A stretch of DNA of 64,000 nucleotides from a candidate division FCPU426 bacterium. Lineage in GTDB: Bacteria > Oederibacteriota > PGYV01 > Palsa-1178. Position 1 is the first letter of the stretch. Each line of letters starts with the position of its first letter. The stretch covers positions 160,001 to 224,000 of the forward strand of contig CAWIXE010000002.1 in NCBI GenBank assembly GCA_963840035.1, in the 5' to 3' direction. Shown here piece by piece: positions 10,596 to 20,634 of the stretch. Position numbers and translations under genes: made by a program. Under the pieces are notes generated by a model. That model searched no databases. It saw nothing but the letters and a program-made list of their open reading frames with translations, and was not told where the DNA came from.

Positions 10596-11336
10596 GTGAA
10601 AAAGTTTGCTGGGCAGGCTGTTTTGGCGGCGGTTTTAGTCGCTGTTTCAGCGCTGATTTTTTACTTCCATTACAGAGTGTACCATGACAAGAAGTTTGTC
10701 ATAGACTGGCTTATCGGGTCGCTGGCGTTTTTGCCTATTTCAGTGCTTGTGGTATCACTCATACTAGAGCGCATCATTAGCGGCAGGGAAAAGGCGGCGC
10801 TGCTGGCAAAGCTTAACATGGTAATAGGCGCGTTTTTTAGCGAGGCAGGGGGCGGGCTTTTGTTCATGCTTGAAAAACACGCCAATGTCTCCTCTGAAAT
10901 AAAGGAAAGCCTGCTTATAAACGGCAAGTGGCTAAAAAAGGATTTTATCGCGGCTGAAAAGAAACTCCGCGGGTACTTTTATGGATTTGACACCAGGGGC
11001 ATGGACTTAAAGGCGATAAGGGATTTTTTGACATCCAAAAGGGAATTTCTGCTCCGGCTTCTGGAAAATCAGAACCTTCTGGAACATGAGACTTTTACCG
11101 ACCTTTTATGGGCGGTTTTCCACGTGACAGAAGAGCTCGAATCAAGGAAAAACCTGAAAAAGCTTTCACAGGGCGACCTTGCCCATATATCCGGAGACAT
11201 ACAAAGGGCTTATGTGCTTTTGGTGGCGGAGTGGATCGGTTACATGTCACACTTAAAGACGCAGTACCCGTACCTTTTTTCGCTGGCCGTAAGAAAGAAC
11301 CCGTTTGACAGCAAGGCGAAGGCGGAGATACAGTAG
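10596..11336 (+). CDS. Conserved hypothetical membrane protein (2 N-terminal TM)
   Basis: AAGGAG RBS before GTG 10596; LLEHETFTDLLWAVFH..YPYLFSLAVRKNPF motifs. Confidence 0.8.
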   Translation: MKKFAGQAVLAAVLVAVSALIFYFHYRVYHDKKFVIDWLIGSLAFLPISVLVVSLILERIISGREKAALLAKLNMVIGAFFSEAGGGLLFMLEKHANVSSEIKESLLINGKWLKKDFIAAEKKLRGYFYGFDTRGMDLKAIRDFLTSKREFLLRLLENQNLLEHETFTDLLWAVFHVTEELESRKNLKKLSQGDLAHISGDIQRAYVLLVAEWIGYMSHLKTQYPYLFSLAVRKNPFDSKAKAEIQ

Positions 11337-11340
11337 TCGC

Positions 11341-11413
11341 AAGACCCAAGACCCATTACCCAGGTCCAGAACTGTTGTTTTTGACTTGAGTCATGGGGCC
11401 TGGGTCATGGGAC
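11341..11413. repeat. Heptamer-periodic inverted arms (GACCCAA-like / TGGGTC-like), empty
   Basis: GACCCAA GACCCAT TACCCAG ... TTGAGTC ATGGGGC CTGGGTC ATGGGAC. Confidence 0.7.
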
Positions 11414-11427
11414 AAAAGGAGAATGTT

Positions 11428-12219
11428 TTGAATATAGACGAACTGATAATGTACGAGGATGACGATTTTATCGCTGTTAACAAGCCTTCAGGGCTGCTTG
11501 TGATACCGGACAGGTTTGATAAGGCTAAAGAAAATTTATATGACATGTTAAACGCCAAATACGGCAAGGTATTCGTGGTCCACAGGCTTGATAAGGATAC
11601 CAGCGGACTGGTCATATTCGCGAAGAACCCGGAAGCGCACAGGGATCTTTCCATGAAATGGGAAGAGGGGAATGTGTCTAAGACGTATTTTGCCATAGTT
11701 AAAGGCAGGCTCAAGGAAAAGACAGGCACCATAAACATGGGAATCGCGCCTTTAAAAAAGAAAAAAGGCGTCATGACCATAGACATGAAAAACGGCAAGC
11801 GTTCGGTCACAAATTATAAGGTGATGGAAGAGTATAAGGATTTTACCCTTCTGGAGGTAAAGCCGAAAACCGGAAGGACCCACCAGATAAGGGTGCATCT
11901 TTCAGCCATCGGGCACCCGCTGGCCGTGGATCCTTTATATGACAGGATAGAAGCCATAGGAAAAGGCATAAGGCGCGGGCCCGGGTCAATGGCAAAATCG
12001 CAGAAAACAGGGCTTGTAAAGGGCAAAAATTTTGTCCCTGAAGCTGTCAAGGCCCCCATCGGCAGGCTGCCGCTGCACGCCGGAAAAATAAGTTTTACGC
12101 ATTTCAGGAAAAACGAGACGGTGGAGCTTGAGGCTAAAATGCCGAAGGATTTTAAGACAGCCATTGAAATACTGGGCTTGCAGAAGTTTTACAACGGCAA
12201 GGATTCAAGGCTGAACTAA
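11428..12219 (+). CDS. RluA-family pseudouridine synthase
   Basis: NKPSGL, HRLDKDTSG, TGRTHQIRVH, LHA; AGGAG RBS before TTG 11428. Confidence 0.93.
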   Translation: MNIDELIMYEDDDFIAVNKPSGLLVIPDRFDKAKENLYDMLNAKYGKVFVVHRLDKDTSGLVIFAKNPEAHRDLSMKWEEGNVSKTYFAIVKGRLKEKTGTINMGIAPLKKKKGVMTIDMKNGKRSVTNYKVMEEYKDFTLLEVKPKTGRTHQIRVHLSAIGHPLAVDPLYDRIEAIGKGIRRGPGSMAKSQKTGLVKGKNFVPEAVKAPIGRLPLHAGKISFTHFRKNETVELEAKMPKDFKTAIEILGLQKFYNGKDSRLN

Positions 12220-12252
12220 ATAAATTTGATTTTTGATCATATAAATTAAAGA

Positions 12253-12281
12253 GGGCCCGGGAAGTTGTTCCGGGCCTTTTT
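12253..12281 (+). terminator. Intrinsic terminator
   Basis: GGCCCGGGA..TTCCGGGCC followed by T-run. Confidence 0.75.
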
Positions 12282-12317
12282 ATTTTTTCTCCTGCAACCC
12301 CTTCAATAAAAAATAAC

Positions 12318-12361
12318 TTGACAAAGTTATATCTTTTTGATATATATCAATTAGATATATA
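12318..12361 (+). promoter_or_regulatory. Sigma70 promoter overlapped by two TATATC-N5-GATATA boxes (likely PadR operator)
   Basis: TTGACA at 12318; boxes at 12328-12344 and 12343-12359. Confidence 0.7.
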
Positions 12362-12384
12362 AATATCGTCATGCGGAGGTTGTC

Positions 12385-12951
12385 ATGAAAGAAAACAAGG
12401 CAAAGTATGTGATACTCGGGCTGTTGTCTCATATGCCAATGACCGGGTATGAACTGAAGAAATACTCTTCAAGCTGGATACCTTATTTTTGGGAGATCAG
12501 TTATGGGCAGATATATCCATCCTTAAAACAGATGGAAACAGGAGGTTTGATAGACCTGGCCGAAGGGAAGATAAAGGGAAAAAGGGCGGAGTCAAAGACT
12601 TATATGCTGACTTCAAAAGGGAAAGAATCCCTTGAACAATGGCTCAAGGACCCCAAACAAAATGAGGTTTACAGGTCGGAACTCCTGCTAAAGCTCTTTT
12701 TTAGTTCCCGCATACCGCCCGAAGTAAGTTCGGAAAAAATCCGGGTATTAAAAAAAGAAAGCTTAAAACACAGGGATTTACTTAAAGGCGAGGTGGATAA
12801 ACTCAAAGAACAAATCAGCCTGAGCCCGGACCATCCGTATTTTATGTTCACGGCGATGTTTGGCGAGATGTATTATGACATGTGCGCGCAATGGTCGGAT
12901 AAGGTTTTAAGGATCTTAAGCAGGCTGGACAGGGCGAAAAGAAGCGAATAA
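12385..12951 (+). CDS. PadR-family transcriptional regulator
   Basis: ILGLL..PMTGYEL..FWEISYGQIYPSL; LLLKLFF C-terminal domain. Confidence 0.93.
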   Translation: MKENKAKYVILGLLSHMPMTGYELKKYSSSWIPYFWEISYGQIYPSLKQMETGGLIDLAEGKIKGKRAESKTYMLTSKGKESLEQWLKDPKQNEVYRSELLLKLFFSSRIPPEVSSEKIRVLKKESLKHRDLLKGEVDKLKEQISLSPDHPYFMFTAMFGEMYYDMCAQWSDKVLRILSRLDRAKRSE

Positions 12952-13000
12952 AAGTTTACGCGGCGTTAAAACCGGGCAATAACTAAAGGAGGAAAATGAC

Positions 13001-14509
13001 ATGGAAAAGTCTGTCGTAATTATCGGAGCGGGAATCGCGGGATTGTCGGCGGGGTGTTATGCGAGGATGAATGGGTATAAAACGACGATTGTTGAGATGC
13101 ACAATAAACCCGGGGGGCTGTGCACGGCCTGGGAGCGCAAAGGCTATACTTTTGACGGCTGCATACACTGGCTTGTGGGCTCAAAACCCGGCGATGCCAT
13201 GCGCGAGGGATGGGAAGAACTCGGCGCGGTCCAGGGAAGGACAATCATAGACCATGATGTTTTCATGGCGGTTGAGGACATGGACGGTAAAAGGTTCACC
13301 ATATATGAAGACGCGGACAGGCTTGAAAAGGAAATGCTGCGTGTGGCCCCGGAGGACGCGAAGGCCATAAAGAGGTTCATTTCGGACATAAAAACATTCT
13401 CCAAAATGCCGTCAGCCCCTCCGGATGAAAAACCAGGCGCGAAAAAACCCGGCTTGTTGGCATCGCTTCCGGGCTTCATGGGATTTTTACCGGCAATCAT
13501 GGTTATTATTAAATACGGGTTCATCAATATCAGGCAGCTGGCAAAAAAATTCAAAAATCAGTCATTGAGTTTTGGCATATCCCAGGTTTTCGGGGGGATG
13601 GAGGAGTTTTCCGCGCTGGGGCTCCTGGGAACGCTTGCCTGGATGCATAATAAAAATGCGGGATATCCGATAGGCGGGTCGTTTGAATTTGCGAAATCCA
13701 TAGAGAAAAGGTTCCTTGATTTGGGCGGGGCAATCACATACGGCTGTGCCGTGGAAAAGGTGGTTGTAAATGACGGCAGGGCCTGCGGAGTACGGCTGAA
13801 AAACGGAACAGAGTTCATGGCGGACACCGTAATATCCGCGGCTGACGGTCATGCCGCCATATATGACATGCTTGAAGGGAAATACAGGGATAAAAAAATT
13901 GACAGGATTTACTCAACATATAAGCGGTTCCCGTCAATTGTGCAGGTGTCAGTGGGCGTTGCCATGGACTTATCAGGCGAGCCGCAGTCCCTGGATTTCC
14001 CCCTTGCCAGGCCCATATCAGCGGGCGCCGAAACTGACGGCCGCATGAGCCTGCGCATATACTCGTTTGATAAGACCATGGCCCCGGCGGGATGCACGGC
14101 TGTGACCACCTACTTAGGCGGGGATTATGAATACTGGACGGGATTAAAACAGGCTGATAAAAATAAATATGAAGAGGAAAAAAAGAGGATAGGCGCCGAG
14201 GTTGTTGATGCCATTAACATGAGGTTCCCGGGATTCAAGGGCCGTGTGGAAGTTGTGGATGTGGCTACGCCTGCCACTTATGTTAGGTATACGGGAAACT
14301 GGATGGGGTCATTTGAAGGCTGGCTTATGACTCCTAAAAACGCGGTGGAACAGATACCGCGCACCCTTCCCGGGCTCACAAACTTTTACATGATCGGCCA
14401 GTGGGTGATGCCCGGAGGCGGGCTGCCGAGCGGGCTGATGACAGGCAAGGAAATAATAAAAAGAATCTGCCGCGCTGATGGAAAGGCCTTTACGGCTTCA
14501 AAACCGTAA
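13001..14509 (+). CDS. Phytoene desaturase-like FAD-dependent oxidoreductase
   Basis: IIGAGIAGL, PGGLCTAWERKGYTFDG, GQWVMPGGGLP. Confidence 0.9.
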   Translation: MEKSVVIIGAGIAGLSAGCYARMNGYKTTIVEMHNKPGGLCTAWERKGYTFDGCIHWLVGSKPGDAMREGWEELGAVQGRTIIDHDVFMAVEDMDGKRFTIYEDADRLEKEMLRVAPEDAKAIKRFISDIKTFSKMPSAPPDEKPGAKKPGLLASLPGFMGFLPAIMVIIKYGFINIRQLAKKFKNQSLSFGISQVFGGMEEFSALGLLGTLAWMHNKNAGYPIGGSFEFAKSIEKRFLDLGGAITYGCAVEKVVVNDGRACGVRLKNGTEFMADTVISAADGHAAIYDMLEGKYRDKKIDRIYSTYKRFPSIVQVSVGVAMDLSGEPQSLDFPLARPISAGAETDGRMSLRIYSFDKTMAPAGCTAVTTYLGGDYEYWTGLKQADKNKYEEEKKRIGAEVVDAINMRFPGFKGRVEVVDVATPATYVRYTGNWMGSFEGWLMTPKNAVEQIPRTLPGLTNFYMIGQWVMPGGGLPSGLMTGKEIIKRICRADGKAFTASKP

Positions 14510-14657
14510 AACCGCGCCCGACCCCGGGTCATAAAAAAATGGCAATATAGCGGGACGCAGGATTTATATATTGACAAAAATAGCCAGTCAAATAATACTG
14601 TTTTAGCCCGGTCAGGGCGGGAACCGGAAAATCAGCATTACCACAGGGAGAGATTAA

Positions 14658-16988
14658 TTGGCGAGGGCAACAACAGTGAAAGATAAAGAGGCTCATACCG
14701 CAGTCCCCGGACGAATGAAGTTTTTTCTCTCGGCGCTTTTTTTTGTATCGGGCTTCACAGCCCTGGTATATGAAATATTATGGATAAGGGAATTCTCGTT
14801 CATGCTGGGAAACTCCACGTATACCATATCCGTGGTGCTGGCGGCATACATGGCGGGGCTTGCCGCCGGGAGTTATATTGCGGGAAAGTACGCTGATAAG
14901 GCAAAAAATCCGCTATTGGTATATGCCGCGCTTGAGGCGGGGATCGGGTTCTGCGGGCTCTGGATATACTGGCTGTTTCAGGCAGGCTTAAAGTCAATCG
15001 GCCCCATTGGCGCGGTAAATCAGACAGACATATTGCCGATGATCCAGCGTTTTGTCCTGGCATTCGCCATGCTCCTGCCGCCGACAGCCATGATGGGCGC
15101 GACGCTTCCTTTTCTGACGCGTTTTTTTCCGGCAAGCGGAAAAAAGGACGGCGGTTTTTTCGGACTCTTATACGGAATAAACACCATGGGCGCGGCAATC
15201 GGGTGCTTTACCGCGGGTTTCTTTTTTTTACGCGTCTACGGGATGCAAAAATCAACCTATATAGCCGTTTTATTAAACGCGGTTATCGCCTTAATTGCGG
15301 CGCTTTTTAGCGCTGTAGTCAAACCAGCCCGCAAAGATACAATCGGCATTCCGGCCGGCGGCGCAGCAATAAAAAATTCAGGTTACACAAAGAGCACCGG
15401 TGTTTTTATAATGTGGGCTTTTGCCATATCGGGTTTTTCGTGCATGGCTTACGAACTTATATATTTCAGGTGGCTGTCATACATACTCGGAAACAGGGTT
15501 TATGCTTCATCCGCCATGATCACAACTTTTTTGACAGGAATCGCTTTTGGCAGCCTTCTGGCAGGAAGGGCGGCTGATAAATGGGGCAACGAGGCCAGGC
15601 TTTTTGGGGCGTTACAGGCGGTAACCGGGCTGACCGCCGTTTTTACGGCCTTATTTTTTCCGGAGATACTCGGAGGAATGCAGGCGCTGGAGCAGGGTTT
15701 AAAACTATCCGACCCGTGGCAGTATGTCGCTGTGAGGTTCGGAGAAGCTTTTGTAATACTCTTTATACCGGCGGTTTCGTTCGGGGCCATATTTCCCGCG
15801 GTAATTAAATACTTAAACAGGGGCGAAGGGGAGCTCCCCGGCATAGTGGGACGCGCTTATGCCGTAAATACAATAGGATGCATACTGGGTTCGCTGGCCG
15901 CGGGATTTTTGATACTACCCGCACTCGGCGCTTACGTTTCAATGGCGGTTATCGCGGCCCTTTCCATACTTCTCGGGCACAGGCTCATAGCCCCGGACTT
16001 TGAGACATACGGCCTAAAACGCAGGGTTTTTACGGCGTTTGTTACAATTCTTTTTGCCGCTGCGGCGGTCATGGCGGTATTATCCGGCGGCAGATATCCA
16101 TGGCCGAGGCAGGGATTAAAAATAATATCGGCGAAGGAAGATTCCATGGCCCTAGTCACCGTGCTTGAAGGGCCTCTCGGGAAATACATATACGCTGACG
16201 ACACCATGCTGTCATTTCCCATCGGGCCGATGACCCGCGCTATAAAGGTGCAGAAGCTGCAGGCACATATCCCGCTGCTCTTACACCCGCGGCCTGAAAG
16301 GGTGCTTGTTGTCGGCATGGGGTTCGGGGTGACGGCGGGTTCTTTTGCGTCGGATAACGGGGTGAGGTCGGTGGAGTGCGTTGAAATATTCCCGGCGTTA
16401 ATAGATGCCATGCCGTTTTTCAGCGAGGAAAACAGGGATGTCGCAAATGACAAAAAGGTCCGGCTCATCGCGGGCGATGGCAGGTATTATATGAGGCACT
16501 CGCCGGTAAAATACGACATTATAGCGTCAAACCTCACGGGCTCCGACCTTCCGGGGAGCGCCGCCTGCTACACAAAGGAGTATTTTGAGGAAGCCAGGGG
16601 CAGGCTTAATCCGGGCGGCATATTTTTGGTGCATTCTTTCGGCCCTGAGAGCGCCGTGGTGCTGAAGACTTTGATGGCTGTGTTCCCGTATGTCACGGGG
16701 TACAGGGCTTATAAATATACGCAATACATGGTGGCATCGATGGAGCCTTTAAACGAAGACAAGAACAGGATAAACAGGAGGATAATGGCCGACAGCGGGT
16801 TCAGGCTGGACCTTAAAAAAGCCGGAATATGGAAATATGACGACCTGAAAGAAATGGTGATTTACGGGAACGACGCGGCGCGCAGGATGGCTGCCGCTGA
16901 GAAATCCCCGTTAAACACAGACGACCTGCCGCTTCTTGAATACAGGTTCAAAAAACGCGATCCAAATGTTTTTGTGAGCAAACTGTGA
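14658..16988 (+). CDS. Fused membrane (MFS-like) / spermidine synthase-like SAM-dependent protein
   Basis: Many TM helices with SGFTALVYE..W, LYGINTMG and AYAVNTIG; C-terminal VLVVGMGFG..DGR..NTDD. Confidence 0.88.
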   Translation: MARATTVKDKEAHTAVPGRMKFFLSALFFVSGFTALVYEILWIREFSFMLGNSTYTISVVLAAYMAGLAAGSYIAGKYADKAKNPLLVYAALEAGIGFCGLWIYWLFQAGLKSIGPIGAVNQTDILPMIQRFVLAFAMLLPPTAMMGATLPFLTRFFPASGKKDGGFFGLLYGINTMGAAIGCFTAGFFFLRVYGMQKSTYIAVLLNAVIALIAALFSAVVKPARKDTIGIPAGGAAIKNSGYTKSTGVFIMWAFAISGFSCMAYELIYFRWLSYILGNRVYASSAMITTFLTGIAFGSLLAGRAADKWGNEARLFGALQAVTGLTAVFTALFFPEILGGMQALEQGLKLSDPWQYVAVRFGEAFVILFIPAVSFGAIFPAVIKYLNRGEGELPGIVGRAYAVNTIGCILGSLAAGFLILPALGAYVSMAVIAALSILLGHRLIAPDFETYGLKRRVFTAFVTILFAAAAVMAVLSGGRYPWPRQGLKIISAKEDSMALVTVLEGPLGKYIYADDTMLSFPIGPMTRAIKVQKLQAHIPLLLHPRPERVLVVGMGFGVTAGSFASDNGVRSVECVEIFPALIDAMPFFSEENRDVANDKKVRLIAGDGRYYMRHSPVKYDIIASNLTGSDLPGSAACYTKEYFEEARGRLNPGGIFLVHSFGPESAVVLKTLMAVFPYVTGYRAYKYTQYMVASMEPLNEDKNRINRRIMADSGFRLDLKKAGIWKYDDLKEMVIYGNDAARRMAAAEKSPLNTDDLPLLEYRFKKRDPNVFVSKL

Positions 16989-16989
16989 T

Positions 16990-18048
16990 GTGGAGCGAAT
17001 GAACAAGAATATCAGAACAGCCGCGGCTATAATTTGTTTCGCCGTAATGGCGGCGTTAATGGGCGGATGCGGGTTAAAGATGCTGCGCGAAAATAATATT
17101 GTGGAATATACTTTTGTCGGCGACGTGCTCCTGTACCACTGGCCCGCGGGCAGGGTTTATAACGCCATCCAGAGGGAAAAGGGCTGGGACGCAGTGGTGG
17201 AATATCCTTTCGCAAAGGTCAGGGAATATTTCAGGGGCCTTGTTTTCTGCAACCATGACGGGCCGATTTCGGACCGCGGGGCCAGGAAGTTCAAGGACAA
17301 GGATGAAAAATCGTATTTTCAGGTATCAAAAAAATACGCGGTGATATTAAAGAAAGCCGGTTTCACAGGGGCTTTTCTGGCGAATAACCACATAAAGGAT
17401 TGCGGAGATAAGGGCGTGACAGAGACGCTCGCGAACTTAAAGGAAGCCGGGGTTTTGCCGATAGGCGCAGGTGAAGATGACAGCCAGGCGCGGCAGCCGG
17501 TGATAATTGAAGAAAATGGAATTAAAACCGCATTCCTCGCGTACAATCTGGTGCCGCCGTTTAGCGTCAGGGCCGGTAAAAACACCCCGGGCGCGGCATA
17601 CGCGGATAAAAAAGGAATCATAGAGGATATTCAAAAGGCGAAAAAATCTGCCGATATCGTCGCGGTAAACTTCCACTGGGGCAGGGAAATGCGCCAGGAC
17701 TGGGTAATGAAAAAACAGGATAAAGCCAAGGTGGAATTAGCGCGGGCGGCCATAGACGCGGGGGCGCTTATGGTAGTCGGCGAGCATTCCCACGCGGTCG
17801 AGAAAATAGAACTTTATAAGAACGGCATCATCGCGTACAGCCTGGGAAATTTTGTGTTCGGAGCATCGACGCGCGGCGGCCACAAACAGAGCATGATACT
17901 TCGCGTAAAAGCCGCGCCCGGCGGAATGGTTTCATATGATGTCATACCGGTGATGATATACCCGAAAAAGGCGAAGTACCAGCCGGTACCGCTTGAAGGC
18001 GCGGAAAAAGAGGCTTTTATGAAAAAACTGGAAAATCTTTCTGAATGA
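16990..18048 (+). CDS. CapA-family metallophosphoesterase, probable lipoprotein
   Basis: VGDV, LANNHIKD, FHWGRE, GEHSH, YSLGNFVF; lipobox-like MGGC. Confidence 0.88.
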   Translation: MERMNKNIRTAAAIICFAVMAALMGGCGLKMLRENNIVEYTFVGDVLLYHWPAGRVYNAIQREKGWDAVVEYPFAKVREYFRGLVFCNHDGPISDRGARKFKDKDEKSYFQVSKKYAVILKKAGFTGAFLANNHIKDCGDKGVTETLANLKEAGVLPIGAGEDDSQARQPVIIEENGIKTAFLAYNLVPPFSVRAGKNTPGAAYADKKGIIEDIQKAKKSADIVAVNFHWGREMRQDWVMKKQDKAKVELARAAIDAGALMVVGEHSHAVEKIELYKNGIIAYSLGNFVFGASTRGGHKQSMILRVKAAPGGMVSYDVIPVMIYPKKAKYQPVPLEGAEKEAFMKKLENLSE

Positions 18049-18191
18049 ACCCAAGGCAGGCCGTGCTCCGCGGTCCTGGATTTTTGCGCGGTAAACAGAA
18101 AGACAATGATTGAAAAATTTGGGTTGAATAATTGCGCCTTTAGATGTATAAATATTGTGATGTGTGAAAATGATATCTAAAGGAGGGAAAT

Positions 18192-18785
18192 ATGAAAAAA
18201 GCACTAGTCCTACTGGCAGTTGTGTTAGTTGTTGTGTTTGCCGCGCCGGTTTTCGCGGATGAGGCCACGGACCAGGCACAGGACCAGCTTATGGCGGAGC
18301 AGAACGCTTTTGACGGCATGACGCCCGACGAACAGGCGGAAATACGCACGCAGGCGGTAGGCTTTTTTAAGTCCAAATGGGGGTCATTAACGCCCGAACA
18401 GCAGCAGAAAATAAGGGAAAAAGCCTCTGAAAAATGGGCGGCCCTTCCGGAAGAAAAGCAGGAAGCCATAAAGGATAAATGGAACGAGAAATGGATGTCG
18501 CTTACGCCCGAGCAGAGGGAAGCGGCAAGGCTTAAGGCAATTGATAAGTGGAATACGCTGCCTGAAGAGGTAAAAAAAGCAAAGATTGACAAGGCAAAAG
18601 CCCGCTGGAATAGCTTAAGCAAGGAACAGAAAAAAGCGGCAAAGATAAGGGTGCAGGAAAGATGGCAGGGCGCGTCGACTGAAGAGAAAAAAGCCATAAA
18701 AGAGCGCATGAAAGAAAGGGCAAAGAACATGAAAGCCGAAAAAAAGGAAGCGCTTAAGGAAAAGATCAAAAACAGGAAAAAATAA
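18192..18785 (+). CDS. Exported helical-repeat protein (19-aa KW..L..E repeats; DUF3106-like)
   Basis: Signal peptide; six or more 19-aa repeats; AGGAGG RBS. Confidence 0.8.
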   Translation: MKKALVLLAVVLVVVFAAPVFADEATDQAQDQLMAEQNAFDGMTPDEQAEIRTQAVGFFKSKWGSLTPEQQQKIREKASEKWAALPEEKQEAIKDKWNEKWMSLTPEQREAARLKAIDKWNTLPEEVKKAKIDKAKARWNSLSKEQKKAAKIRVQERWQGASTEEKKAIKERMKERAKNMKAEKKEALKEKIKNRKK

Positions 18786-18803
18786 GCGGATAAAAGATAT
18801 TTA

Positions 18804-18832
18804 AGGCCCCGGGTTCAAGCCGGGGCCTTTTT
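18804..18832. terminator. Terminator between convergent genes
   Basis: AGGCCCCGG-gttcaag-CCGGGGCCTTTTTT. Confidence 0.8.
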
Positions 18833-18857
18833 GTTTTGTGTTATGGCAGGCGACAGC

Positions 18858-20480
18858 CTACATTCCGGGTTTTCTTTTATAAATATTTATGAAATAACCA
18901 TGCGAAGGCTTGTAATTTTCAGCCTCTTTATCCCATACGTATTTCGTGTATTCGGGCGAGAAAATCTCGGCAACGCCTTTTATATCGTAATATTTTTTTA
19001 CGTAATCCTTATACCAATAAAAAATATATTTCTCCGACGCGCCTGTCAAAAGCCAGGAAATCCTGATGTTCACAAAAACCAGGTATTCAGGCTTGGCGGC
19101 TGCAATCTCGGCGCAGGCTTCCTTCTGCATCTTGAGCGAATCTATCAGGATGTTCATGTAAGCGTAACCGGTCGCGGACCGCCTTTTTGAATAAAAGAAA
19201 ATCTGCGGTTCGGAACCAAGCACCGCTATGCGGCTGTCCGGACCGGAGTGGGCTTTTATATAAGCCGCAATTGGAACGGATTCGATAAATGGGTTTTCGC
19301 CAAACACCTGCCTGGTGACGGCCTGCGGCGGGGTTTTAAAAAGGTACGCGTTTTCTGACACAAGAAAATAGGAAAATGCGGCCAAAATTATTAAGGGCGC
19401 AGCGTACGCGGGCCATTTAAGGGAAGGAAATAAAACCGGGTTTTTTACAAACGCGGAAATTGCGAGTGAAAGCGACGGCAACAAAAACAGGTAGTAGTGA
19501 GGCCTGAAGTAAAAACCGGCGGAAACAACGGCAAACGAAAAAACCGCCAGCAATATCAAAAAATATGGCGTGTTAAAGGGGCTCTGCGCCCTGCTGCCCG
19601 TGAGCAGCCCGGCGGTTGAAACGGCAACAAACGGCCATATGGTTGAAAATGAAGCGGGGAATGTGTTTAAGAATTCATTTACACCGGCGCGGAAACCGAC
19701 TGCGCCGGCGTAATTCAAGGTGGTAAGGACTGCTGAACTGTAAAACCTGGAAAAGGAGCCGTCGGCCAGGTATAACAGGCATATGGCCAGCAAAGGAAGC
19801 ACGGCGCCGGCGGAAAATAACAAAAGCCGCAAAATCATATTGCGGCTGTTTTTTTCCTTAAAAAAACGCGCGGCGGCGTGAACTGCGATAAAAACAGCGA
19901 ATAAAACGGCAGGCTGTTTTATTATAAGGCAGATACCGGCGGATAAGCCCGAAAAGAACAAAGTGGGGCTGGAATATTTTTTGAGATTTTTGAAGTATAG
20001 AAAAAGTGACAGAAGCAGGAAAAGGACGGCGAAATGCTCGGTATTCGCGGAGAAGCCCTCGAGCTTTGCCGAAAGGGACGCGCAGGCAAAGAATAACGCG
20101 GAACACAAAGCCGCGGGTGAACCGTATAATGGGCGGCATATATTAAACACCAGCAAAATTGACGCAAGATTGCAGGCTAAAAGCCCCAAGTGTATACCCG
20201 ACGGGGTTTGCCCGAAGAGCGACATTATTGCCGCGTATATATAATAAACCCCCGGCATTTTAATGTCGTAGAACACGCTGTATGGAGGTATACCGTTCAT
20301 TATGAGCTGCCCGGCGTAGGCCCACGCGCCCTCGTCCCGGTCAAGCGGGGTGCTCATGAGGCGCAGCCTGACATAGGCTGAAAGCAGCATTATCAGCAAC
20401 AGCGCGGCGTAAACCATCGTATTGCCAATCCCCGTCCGGGCACGCTCTGATAAATGCGGAAAAAACATTTTCTTACCCAA
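18858..20480 (-). CDS. ArnT/GT39-like (GT-C) membrane glycosyltransferase
   Basis: PLDRDEGAWAY..PPY..D.KMPG, ANTEHF, KQ motif; polytopic membrane protein. Confidence 0.85.
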   Translation of the reverse strand: MGKKMFFPHLSERARTGIGNTMVYAALLLIMLLSAYVRLRLMSTPLDRDEGAWAYAGQLIMNGIPPYSVFYDIKMPGVYYIYAAIMSLFGQTPSGIHLGLLACNLASILLVFNICRPLYGSPAALCSALFFACASLSAKLEGFSANTEHFAVLFLLLSLFLYFKNLKKYSSPTLFFSGLSAGICLIIKQPAVLFAVFIAVHAAARFFKEKNSRNMILRLLLFSAGAVLPLLAICLLYLADGSFSRFYSSAVLTTLNYAGAVGFRAGVNEFLNTFPASFSTIWPFVAVSTAGLLTGSRAQSPFNTPYFLILLAVFSFAVVSAGFYFRPHYYLFLLPSLSLAISAFVKNPVLFPSLKWPAYAAPLIILAAFSYFLVSENAYLFKTPPQAVTRQVFGENPFIESVPIAAYIKAHSGPDSRIAVLGSEPQIFFYSKRRSATGYAYMNILIDSLKMQKEACAEIAAAKPEYLVFVNIRISWLLTGASEKYIFYWYKDYVKKYYDIKGVAEIFSPEYTKYVWDKEAENYKPSHGYFINIYKRKPGM

Positions 20481-20634
20481 TTTGGCCTCTGTTGAGCAGT
20501 TTTAAAATATATTAAAGTATATCATAAATGAAACGAATGTTACACGGCGTTTGCCTGCGGAAAGTATGATATAATAAGTAATCATAAGTGCGGTTTAATT
20601 CGTCTAAAATACAGGTTAAAAATCAGGAGATGCC

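Noticed and set aside
14600..14645. SRP RNA or riboswitch upstream of the spermidine synthase-like gene
   Set aside because: GGTCAGG resembles SRP domain IV, but the CCGGAAGGAAGCAGC context and long stem are absent. No riboswitch consensus was recognised.
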